Assembly (NCBI GenBank): GCA_964658305.1
Contig: OZ210884.1
Span: 3,410,001 to 3,474,000 of the forward strand
Reading direction: 5' to 3'
Length of the DNA: 64,000 bases
Origin: Leptogorgia sarmentosa
Taxonomy: Eukaryota
In this document: one piece after another, positions 13,101 through 25,100 of the stretch
Position numbering within the stretch: position 1 is the stretch's first letter
How the letters are laid out: the number at the start of each line of letters is the position of its first letter
Position numbers and translations under genes: made by a program
Notes under the pieces: model-generated
Database searches by the model: none
What the model saw: the letters and a program-made list of their open reading frames with translations, nothing else
What the model was told of the DNA's origin: nothing

Positions 13101-16100
13101 CGGCTTATCCTATTGTATTTTAGGACAAAACCTTTATAGCTATTGCAAGTGTTATGATCTTAAAATATTACAGTTCGTTCAAAGTGTGTACGTGTAAAAC
13201 ATATCTGTTGTGGAAATATATTTTTCGATTTTTATTTCTATGCATGGTTTGTACTATGATATACATGGCCTACAGTCTTTTGGAACTTGCAGGGTTGTTG
13301 GGGAGAACGTTAACATTTTTATGTTCTGGCCATGGAACTCTGTCCTAAACACGATTTGCAGGTGCGAAGATTTTGTATAGGGACAGAACTGTACAGATTA
13401 GAAATACGATTCTTGATATTTTTCCATACGCATTGTACTGTGGACATACACTTGAGTATAGTGTTACGCCTTTCAATTTAATACTAATATAAAAGCCCAA
13501 CCATCCAATCGTAAGAGCACCTATATTAAGATGTGTTAGCATGAATAAACTGGCCATCTTAAGTTAAGGAATGTCCAAACGTATTCGTCAATTGTGTCAA
13601 GTTGAATACTGTAAGTTATAAAGCCACCTATAACTGGTATTTGTGGGTACTTCATTTTCTTTATTGCGAACTTTTAGAGTAAATCCAAGCTGGATAAAGC
13701 ACATTAAACTTCTATGAGGGAATCACGGGAAAAGTATGATCTCCTTTTCGATTGATTTTTCTCTCAATGGCGCATATGATTGATTTTCAATCGAAAGAGT
13801 TTGGTCCGTAAAAAGTACTAAAACCTATCCTAAACAGACTGTTTTTACGTATAAATAGCTTAAATTCTCAATCGTTTAAATTTAGAGAGTAAAACGACGA
13901 CTGAAACAATCTTCCTTACCTTCACAGTTCATGCCATCTCCAGTAAAACCGTCCTTACATGCACAGGTATAAGAACCTGGCGTATTAGTACATGTCGCAT
14001 TGCCATGGCAAGTATGACTACCAATTGTACATTCTTTAATATCTAAATATTACATTTATAATCATAAAGAGGGCAAAATTACTAGAACCTTATTGGCTAA
14101 TGAGGAGGGCATTTTTTCTTCATTCAGGGGGCAAAATTACTGGGCCGGATTGGCTAAATTTTCTGAATATGTTTTAAATTTATGTGTTCATTTCATGTCG
14201 GACTTGAATTAATGGCTTCCTCGCAGTATTTGTCGCGTGTGAAATCGACAAATTGAGTTAGTTTCAAGCAATTTGGTGAAATAAAATAAATTTTTTGAAT
14301 AAACCTTTCGTTTATATAATTTGTATATCGTTTATTTAATTTCCCAACGTTTTTAAGCGACGTTAATAACAATATAGTGCTGCTCGAAGTGCTGAATCTA
14401 AAACCTTTGAATGCGAATATTATGTAGGCTACAGTATAATGATTATTAATTTATTAAATAATAAAATCAAACCAGACTCTAAAGAAGACTTGTTTTTGCC
14501 TTAATTTTCGACTGATGTGCCTTTTTCCAACGACAAATAATTATAGACACCTTTTACTCCCAAAGAAATATGAAATCAATCCCTAGTTTAATAAATTTAA
14601 ATTAAGCATTTAAATGTAAGTCGAAAACATGTATGAAAAATTTCTTTTTAGAACAAAATACTAAAAGAAAAATTATCTTGTTTGGTTGTTGTCACAATCG
14701 AAGTTAGTGTCAGAAAGGACGATTCGCTTTCACTCATGCACAGTAAGGAATACTATAATATTTTTTTAATAAATTAAGAATACTCATTGACAGTGAAATG
14801 ACAGCAATATGTACGTTTAAATTAATACGAGATGATTAGAAATAAGATCTCAAGGCGAAACAAATTCTGTAGAAAAACAAAACGAGACGACCGGTCGAAA
14901 TAACGAATACCAGCATAACTTTTGCCATTATAAATAAGATACATCTGAAACATGTTTATTAATGAGGTAAACGCTTGAAATGAAACAAGCTTCTTTATTT
15001 CCCTGCTTTTGGCAAAAGACGTCATAAGGTGATGTATGTCAGTGGCGTGCTGGCAGGGGGGGCCGGGGGGCCATGGCCCCCCCAGTGAACTTTTTTATGG
15101 GGCGCCAAAGTTGCATAATGGGCGCCATATTTGTCCCGAAATAGAAAAACAATTACAAAACAAATGAAAAGTCGCAATGAGTTCCATTTTATGCCTACTT
15201 TCGTGGACATAATAGAGATTTGACAACAGTTTGCGATGACCCCTAGCTGTACATTTAATTTGTTAAAATCCTGCAGATTAGTGCTCCCCCCAAAAAAATT
15301 CAAATTGGAAAATTCGGGCACTGATTTGGAGCATAATTCGGGCAAAAATCTGAGAAATAAGGTAATGTCAACAATCCTCCAGTCGTTCATCTGAACGATC
15401 GTACCAAGAAAGCGGAGTTAGGACTCTGAAATCGCCGTTTCCGGCAATCCAGAGGTTGTAAAAGTTCAAAAATTTCTCGCTCGGCGCCAACCATGGTGGC
15501 GCCTCGTGACATTCGCTACCCTCAAATTCGGGCAAAGAACCTTCTGCCCCCCCTAAAAAAATGTAGCCGGTACGCTTATGGGGGGGGGGGGGCGCCAAAT
15601 GGTATTTTTGCCGCTTGGCCTCCCCTGCCAAAAAATGCCAGCACGCCACTGATGTATGTGTTTTCAATACATGACAAAATGACGTCAAAAAGTCGTGTTG
15701 GTGTTTTCAATATTCAGTGGTGGCGTCATATCCCCAAATTTGGGCAATTAGCGAACAAATAATGAGTAGTTTTTGTTCGTTTATCCCGTCATTTGTCGAG
15801 AGTGATTTTTATTCAGATTGAATGCATGGAAAACATAAAAAGAATGAAAACAAAAAAAAAACACGATAATCAATGGTTAACCCAATAATAAAGAGTAAGA
15901 GTTCAAGGCAAAATAAACATAACGTTTACCTTCGATTTCACAGCGGACACCAGTATACCCAAGAGGGCATGAGCATGAGAACGACGATGGCCCATCATTT
16001 GAACAAGTACCACCGTTGAAACATGGAGCACTGGCACATGGAGAGGCTAATAAAAAAAATAAATCACAATTAACGATGAACAAGGTATACTAGTTATTTT

Positions 16101-19100
16101 TTTAAACCTCCCTCGTAAAGTACTACCAAGCTATTCAACAGTTTGTCTCGTAAATTTTCTTTCGTCACTAGATGCGACGTCATTATGGATAACGTCTATA
16201 ATGTCTAATTCTGTCACGATCAATTTTACAGTACAAAATCATTACTTGCATTGTGAGATGGTTAATCTCTTACCACATTGTTGATAACGAGGAAGGTTTA
16301 ACCAGTCAATGTCAACTCCTTCTGAAGCACAGTCACTGACATACGCCTCTATAGCTTGACACAGACAAACTGTAGGATTTTCTTCACAACCACATACATC
16401 ATATTCACAATCTTCAATATAACCTTCCGATTCTACATCAATGACGCTTGAACAACTGTCAAATGGAGCAGTTAATAAAGCCGAACAGTTGGCTACAGCA
16501 CTCGCTTTTCTTTCAGGGTAAGTGTCGCATGGATGGTCCAAATCTGTTGCATCTTCACAATCAGGTTCAGTTTTCCAAGAGTTTCCAAAGTCTACTGCAT
16601 TGTCTAAAGTTGTTCCATTTGGTGCAAAGAAATCATCGCCAGATTCTCCATTAAATGTGCCACACAAACCTGACGTTCTGTTCAGATAGCGACCAAGCAC
16701 CGCCACTCTCACATTATGCACGTTATTCCATTCAACTGTCACACCATAATCACTTTCTACTAAAGTTTCTCTAACTTTTGGCTGTGTAATATTCACGCCG
16801 GGTCCTTGAAACACACAAAGGGTGTAAGAATTTTTTTTCAAAACAGAAGGAATATTGAGGAACTTATCAACTTAGTGAGAGGTATGTTTGGAAACATTGC
16901 CTAATTTTTCGTATAGATCGAGGCCTAGGGATAAAGAACCGAGGACTGCGCAATTAGGAACGAAGAAAGATCTTTAACGTACAGACCGAGGAATTGATGT
17001 TAATGACCGATTCATTTCATGCCTTTTTTCAATCACAATTTGTCGTTTAACTTTTATTTATATGTTCGCATGAATTTCTTGAAAGGACAAGATGACCGGT
17101 TATGGACCAATCAACATGCAGAATTTACTCCGCCATATTCAAAACTGAATTATTGCAACGTTGCCGAGTGGTGTAATGTTTTGCTCTTAAACTTGGTTCA
17201 TGTAATAAGGCAAAGTCGACAAGATGATTTTTTCGCTCCCGGAAATCGACCAATCAACGTGTAGCATTTATCTTTTTATTTAATGAAAATAAACAAACAT
17301 GATTTTTTATTTAACGGATAGAAAATTCAAGATAAATTTAGTAAAATCTGCTCTGCTCGCGAAACAAACGTAGAACTATCTTACAATAGTGTTTTCCAAA
17401 ATATTAAACATAAAATAATACCGAAGCATTTTCCTTTGAATACAGAAGGCTGTTCCTTTAAAGTACTATGAATAATTACATTTTTTTGAGATAGTTAATA
17501 TTATGAATACGAATGTTTAAACCATATAAACTGTAAATACCTTCATACGGTGAAGACAAATCAATTTCCGAGCCATTTATCACAACGCTTCCTCGCAGGA
17601 GTTCGATAGTTACATCAGGGAAAATCACGGTGAGTGATTTTGTGCAGGAAGGCTCTCCATTTCCACAAGGTTCATTCACTTGTCTTATTTCAAACGTGTT
17701 GTTTACTTTAGCCAAAACATATTCACATCTTCCCATGAAGTCATAGCGAGTTCCATCAAATGTGGTGTAGTGTGGGTCACCTTTTGCTTTACATGTTGCT
17801 TGAACTGTTAAATTTTGCAAAAAAATGATTAATAAAGCTATTCGTAATCAACAATTTATCATTTGAAACTAGAAACCCTATTTCCAAGGTTATGCAGTCC
17901 CGCTAGTGTACTCAATGACAAAAATTAATCTCGAAAGAAAAACTCGTTTTCTGTTCTTTTCTCAATGGCAAAATTTTACCTAAATGAAAAACTTAAGTCT
18001 CACCTAGCTGGCAATCATGTCCTTCGTAATCATCCTTACAAACACATTTGAAGATATTGTCCACCTGAACACACTCTTCCTTTTCGCCACAAGAAAGAAT
18101 GCTACAGTTGGTGGCTAAATAATGAAAGGTACAAAAATTAATTAGAAATGTAACTGTAGCTATAGCATTATTTTCAGAAAGAGAATAAGGAATTTTAAAC
18201 AAATTACCTTCGGCTGATCCTATTTTATTTTAGGAAAAAACCTTTATAGCTACTGCAAGTGTTATGATCTTAAAATATTACAGTTCGTTCAAAGTGTGTA
18301 CGTGCAAAAAATCTGTTGTGGTAATATATTTTTTGATTTTTATTTCTATGCATGGTCTGTACTATGATATACATGGCCTACAGTCTTTTGGAACTTGCAA
18401 GTTTCAAGCAATTTGGTGAAAATTTAAACAATTTTTTTGAATATATAAACATTTCGTTTATATAATTTCTATATCGTTTATTTCATTTCCCAACGTTTTT
18501 AAGAGACATTAATAACTGTCTATAGTGCCGCCCGAAGTGCCGAATCTAAAACCTGTTGACATTTTGCGATTTATGTTCGAAGAGATCTTATCTTCAATAT
18601 GATTAACATGTAATCGCATTGGGTCTTCCTAAAATTAAGGATTAATTTCACGCGTGTTTTCAAAGTTTCGTGAAAATTAATCCTTAATTTTACTCGGCCC
18701 CATGCGATTACCGATTACCTATACTAATATTTTGGTAATAACCAAGTTCGAAATGATACATTTTGAGCTGCACCCGTTAAACAAAGACCTCAACATTGTA
18801 CGGTATTCGTTATGGTATAGATATTTCTCTAATATAAATAATTTTTGCCGACTGACTTATTCCCATTAAAATTTCAATTGGTCAATTCATGACCAAGTGT
18901 TTCTAGAATAAATTATACATTAAATATAGAAATTTAATATGAACCATATTACATAATGAAATCAAATCAGTCTCTAAAGAAGACTTGTTTTTGTCTTAAT
19001 TTTCGACTGATGTGCCTTTTTCCAACGATAAATCATTATAAACACCTTTTACTCCCAAAGAAATATGAAATCAAACCCTAGTTTAATAAATATTGTCTCC

Positions 19101-22100
19101 ATCCATAATAAAACATTTAAATGTAAGCCCAAAAAATGCATGAAAAATTTCTTTTTAGAACAAAATACTAAAAGAAAAATTACCTTGTTCGGAATACTAT
19201 AATATTTTTTTAATTAATTAAGAATAGTCATTCACAGTGAAATGACAGCAATATGTACGTTTAAATTAATACGAGATGATTGGAAATAAGATTTCAAGGC
19301 GAAAAAAATTCTGTAGAAAAACAAAACGAGACGACTGGTCGAAATAACGAATACCAGCATAACTTTTGCCATTATAAATAAGATACATCTGAAACATGTT
19401 TATTAATGAGGTAAACGCTTGAAATGAAACAAGCTTCTTTATTTCCCTGCTTTTGGCAAAAGACGTCATAAGGTGATGTATGTGTTTTCAATACATGACA
19501 AAATGACGTCAAAAAGTCGTGTTTGTGTTTTCAATATTTAGTGGTGGCGTCATATCCCCAAATTTGGGCAATTGGCGAACAAATAATGAGTAGTTTTTGT
19601 TCGTTTATCCCGTCATTTGTCGAGAGTGATTTTTATTCAGATTGAATGCATGGAAAACATAAAAAGAATGAAAACAAAAAAAAACACGATAATCAATGGT
19701 TAACCCAATAATAAAGAGTAAGAGTTCAAGGCAAAATAAACATAACGTTTACCTTCGATTTCACAGCGGACACCAGTATACCCAAGAGGGCATGAGCATG
19801 AGAACGACGATGGCCCATCGTTGGAACAAGTACCACCGTTGAAACATGGAGCACTGGCACATGGAGAGGCTAATATAAAAAATAGATCACAATTAACGAT
19901 GAACAAGGTATACTAGTTATTTTTTTAAACCTCCCTCGTAATGTACTACCAAGCTATTCAACAGTTTGTCTCGTAAATTTTCTGTCGTCACTAGATGCGA
20001 CGTCATTATGGATAACGTCTATAATGTCTAATTCTGTCACGATCAATTTTACAGTACAAAATCATTACTTGCATTGTGAGATGGTTAATCTCTTACCACA
20101 TTGTTGATAACGAGGAAGGTTTAACCAGTCAATGTCAACTCCTTCTGAAGCACAGTCACTGACATACGCCTCTATAGCTTGACACAGACAAACTGTAGGA
20201 TTTTCTTCACAACCACATACATCATATTCACAATCTTCAATATAACCTTCCGATTCTAAATCAATGACGCTTGAACAACTGTCAAATGGAGCAGTTAATA
20301 AAGCCGAACAGTTGGCTACAGCACTCGCTTTTCTTTCAGGGTAAGTGTCGCATGGATGGTCCAAATCTGTTGCATCTTCACAATCAGGTTCAGTTTTCCA
20401 AGAGTTTCCAAAGTCTACTGCATTGTCTAAAGTTGTTCCATTTGGTGCCAAGAAATCATCTTCAGGTTTTCGATTATACGTCCCACACAAACCTGATGTT
20501 CTGTTCAGATAGCGACCAAGCACCGTCACTCTCACATTATGCACGTTATTCCATTCAACTGTCACACCATAATCACTTTCTACTAAAGTTTCTCTAACTT
20601 TTGGCTGTGTAATATTCACGCCGGGTCCTTGAAACACACAAAGGGTGTAAGAATTTTTTTTCAAAACAGAAGGAATATTGAGGAATTTATCAACTTAGTG
20701 AGAGGTTTGTTTGGAAACATTGCCTAATTTTTCCTATAGACTGAGGGATAAAGAACCGAGGACTGTGCAATTAGGAACGAAGAAAGATCTTTAACGTAAT
20801 GACCGAGGAATTGATGTTAATGACCGATTCATTTCATGGCTTTTTTCGATCACAATTTGTCCTTAAACTTTTATTTATATGTTCGCAAGCGCGCGGAATG
20901 AATTTCTTGAAAGGACAAGATGACCGGTTATGGACCAATCAACATGCAGAATTTACTCAGCCATATTCAAAACTGAATTATTGCAACGTTGACGGGAGGT
21001 GTAATGTTTTGCTCTTATACTTGGTTCATGTAATAAGGCAAAGTCGACAAGATGATTTTTTCGCTCCCGGAAATCCACCAATCAACGTGTAGCATTTATC
21101 TTTTTATCTAATGAAAATAACAGACCTGATTTTTTATTTAACGGATAGAAAATTCAACATAAATTTAGTAAAATCTGCTCTGCTCGCGAAACAAACGTAG
21201 AACTATCTTACAATAGTGTTTTCCAAAATATTAAATATAAAATAATACCGAAGCATTTTCCTTTGAATACAGAAGGCTGTTCCTTTAAAGTACTATGAAT
21301 AATCACATTTTTTTGAGATAGTTAATATTATGAATACGAATGTTTAAACCATATAAACTGTAAATACCTTCATACGGTGAAGACAAATCAATTTCCGAGC
21401 CATTTATCACAACGCTTCCTCGCAGGAGTTCGATAGTTACATCAGGGAAAATCACGGTGAGTGATTTTGTGCAGGAAGGCTCTCCATTTCCACAAGGTTC
21501 ATTCACTTGTCTTATTTCAAACGTGTTGTTTACTTTAGCCAAAACATATTCACATCTTCCCATGAAGTCATAGCGAGTTCCATCAAATGTGGTGTAGTGT
21601 GGGTCACCTTTTGCTTTACATGTTGCTTGAACTGTTAAATTTTGCAAAAAAATGATTAATAAAGCTATTCGTAATCAACAATTTATCATTTGAAACTAGA
21701 AACCCTATTTCCAAGGTTATGCAGTCCCGCTAGTGTACTCAATGACAAAAATTAATCTCGAAAGAAAAACTCGTTTTCTGTTCTTTTCTCAATGGCAAAA
21801 TTTTACCTAAATGAAAAACTTCAGTCTCACCTAGCTGGCAATCAGGTCCTTCGTAATCATCCTTACAAACACATTTGAAGATATTGTCCACCTGAACACA
21901 CTCTTCCTTTTCGCCACAAGAAAGAATGCTACAGTTGGTGGCTAAATAATGAAAGGTACAAAAATTAATTAGAAATGTAACTGTAGCTATAGCATTATTT
22001 TCAGAAAGAGAATAAGGAATTTTAAACAAATTACCTTCGGCTGATCCTATTTTATTTTAGGAAAAAACCTTTATAGCTACAGCAAGTGTTATGATCTTAA

Positions 22101-25100
22101 AATATTACAGTTCGTTCAAAGTGTGTACGTGCAAAAAATCTGTTGTGGTAATATATTTTTTGATTTTTATTTCTATGCATGGTCTGTACTATGATATACA
22201 TGGCCTACAGTCTTTTGGAACTTGCAAGTTTCAAGCAATTTGGTGAAAATTTAAACAATTTTTTTGAATATATAAACCTTTCGTTTATATAATTTCTATA
22301 TCGTTTATTTCATTTCCCAACGTTTTTAAGAGACATTAATAACTGTCTATAGTGCCGCCCGAAGTGCCGAATCTAAAACCTGTTGACATTTTGCGATTTA
22401 TGTTCGAAGAGATCTTATCTTCAATATGATTAACATCTAATCGCATTGGGTCTTCGTAAAATTAAGGATTAATTTCACGCGTGTTTTCAAAGTTTCGTGA
22501 AAACACGCGTGAAATTAATCCTTAATTTTACTCGGCCCCATGCGATTACCGATTACCTATACTAATATTTTGGTAATAACCAAGTTCGAAATGATACATT
22601 TTGAGCTGCACCCGTTAAACAAAGACCTCAACATTGTACGGTATTCGTTATGGTATAGATATTTCTCTAATATAAATAATTTTTGCCGACTGACTTATTC
22701 CCATTAAAATTTCAATTGGTCAATTCATGACCAAGTGTTTCTAGAATAAATTATACATTAAATATAGAAATTTAATATGAACCATATTACATAATGAAAT
22801 CAAATCAGACTCTAAAGAAGACTTGTTTTTGTCTTAATTTTCGACTGATGTGCCTTTTTCCAACGATAAATCATTATAAACACCTTTTACTCCCAAAGAA
22901 ATATGAAATCAAACCCTAGTTTAATAAATATTGTCTCCATCCATAATAAAACATTTAAATGTAAGCCCAAAAAATGCATGAAAAATTTCTTTTTAGAACA
23001 AAATACTAAAAGAAAAATTACCTTGTTCGGAATACTATAATATTTTTTTAATTAATTAAGAATAGTCATTCACAGTGAAATGACAGCAATATGTACGTTT
23101 AAATTAATACGAGATGATTGGAAATAAGATTTCAAGGCGAAAAAAATTCTGTAGAAAAACAAAACGAGACGACTGGTCGAAATAACGAATACCAGCATAA
23201 CTTTTGCCATTATAAATAAGATACATCTGAAACATGTTTATTAATGAGGTAAACGCTTGAAATGAAACAAGCTTCTTTATTTCCCAGCTTTTGGCAAAAG
23301 ACGTCATAAGGTGATGTATGTGTTTTCAATACATGACAAAATGACGTCAAAAAGTCGTGTTTGTGTTTTCAATATTTAGTGGTGGCGTCATATCCCCAAA
23401 TTTGGGCAATTGGCGAACAAATAATGAGTAGTTTTTGTTCGTTTATCCCGTCATTTGTCGAGAGTGATTTTTATTCAGATTGAATACATGGAAAACATAA
23501 AAAGAATGAAAACAAAAAAAAACACGATAATCAATGGTTAACCCAATAATAAAGAGTAAGAGTTCAAGGCAAAATAAACATAACGTTTACCTTCGATTTC
23601 ACAGCGGACACCAGTATACCCAAGAGGGCATGAGCATGAGAACGACGATGGCCCATCGTTTGAACAAGTACCACCGTTGAAACATGGAGCACTGGCACAT
23701 GGAGAGGCTAATATAAAAAATAAATCACAATTAACGATGAACAAGGTATACTAGTTATTTTTTTAAACCTCCCTCGTAAAGTACTACCAAGCTATTCAAC
23801 AGTTTGTCTCGTAAATTTTCTGTCGTCACTAGATGCGACGTCATTATGGATAACGTCTATAATGTCTAATTCTGTCACGATCAATTTTACAGTACAAAAT
23901 CATTACTTGCATTGTGAGATGGTTAATCTCTTACCACATTGTTGATAACGAGGAAGGTTTAACCAGTCAATGTCAACTCCTTCTGAAGCACAGTCACTGA
24001 CATACGCCTCTATAGCTTGACACAGACAAACTGTAGGATTTTCTTCACAACCACATACATCATATTCACAATCTTCAATATAACCTTCCGATTCTACATC
24101 AATGACGCTTGAACAACTGTCAAATGGAGCAGTTAATAAAGCCGAACAGTTGGCTACAGCACTCGCTTTTCTTTCAGGGTAAGTGTCGCATGGATGGTCC
24201 AAATCTGTTGCATCTTCACAATCAGGTTCAGTTTTCCAAGAGTTTCCAAAGTCTACTGCATTGTCTAAAGTTGTTCCATTTGGTGCCAAGAAATCATCTT
24301 CAGGTTTTCGATTATACGTCCCACACAAACCTGATGTTCTGTTCAGATAGCGACCAAGCACCGTCACTCTCACATTATGCACGTTATTCCATTCAACTGT
24401 CACACCATAATCACTTTCTACTAAAGTTTCTCTAACTTTTGGCTGTGTAATATTCACGCCGGGTCCTTGAAACACACAAAGGGTGTAAGAATTTTTTTTC
24501 AAAACAGAAGGAATATTGAGGAATTTATCAACTTAGTGAGAGGTTTGTTTGGAAACATTGCCTAATTTTTCCTATAGACTGAGGGATAAAGAACCGAGGA
24601 CTGTGCAATTAGGAACGAAGAAAGATCTTTAACGTAATGACCGAGGAATTGATGTTAATGACCGATTCATTTCATGGCTTTTTTCGATCACAATTTGTCC
24701 TTAAACTTTTATTTATATGTTCGCAAGCGCGCGGAATGAATTTCTTGAAAGGACAAGATGACCGGTTATGGACCAATCAACATGCAGAATTTACTCAGCC
24801 ATATTCAAAACTGAATTATTGCAACGTTGACGGGAGGGGTAATGTTTTGCTCTTATACTTGGTTCATGTAATAAGGCAAAGTCGACAAGATGATTTTTTC
24901 GCTCCCGGAAATCCACCAATCAACGTGTAGCATTTATCTTTTTATCTAATGAAAATAACAGACCTGATTTTTTATTTAACGGATAGAAAATTCAACATAA
25001 ATTTAGTAAAATCTGCTCTGCTCGCGAAACAAACGTAGAACTATCTTACAATAGTGTTTTCCAAAATATTAAATATAAAATAATACCGAAGCATTTTCCT

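Noticed and set aside
17775..17790. KGD integrin-binding motif in AKGDPH (and CKGDY in two units)
   Set aside because: It is part of the structural GDPH motif, and a 3-residue match is not evidence of function.
19266..19469. Recurrent 67-aa minus-strand [13 protein letters not shown]...
   Set aside because: Intronic with no recognisable domain; broken by a stop in one unit and by start loss in another.
20271..20597. Recurrent + strand ORFs (MNNCQMEQ..., MTEELMLM..., MSQFIVYF...)
   Set aside because: These are antisense shadows of exons or chance intronic ORFs. They recur only because the DNA is duplicated, and they are disrupted or frameshifted in some copies.
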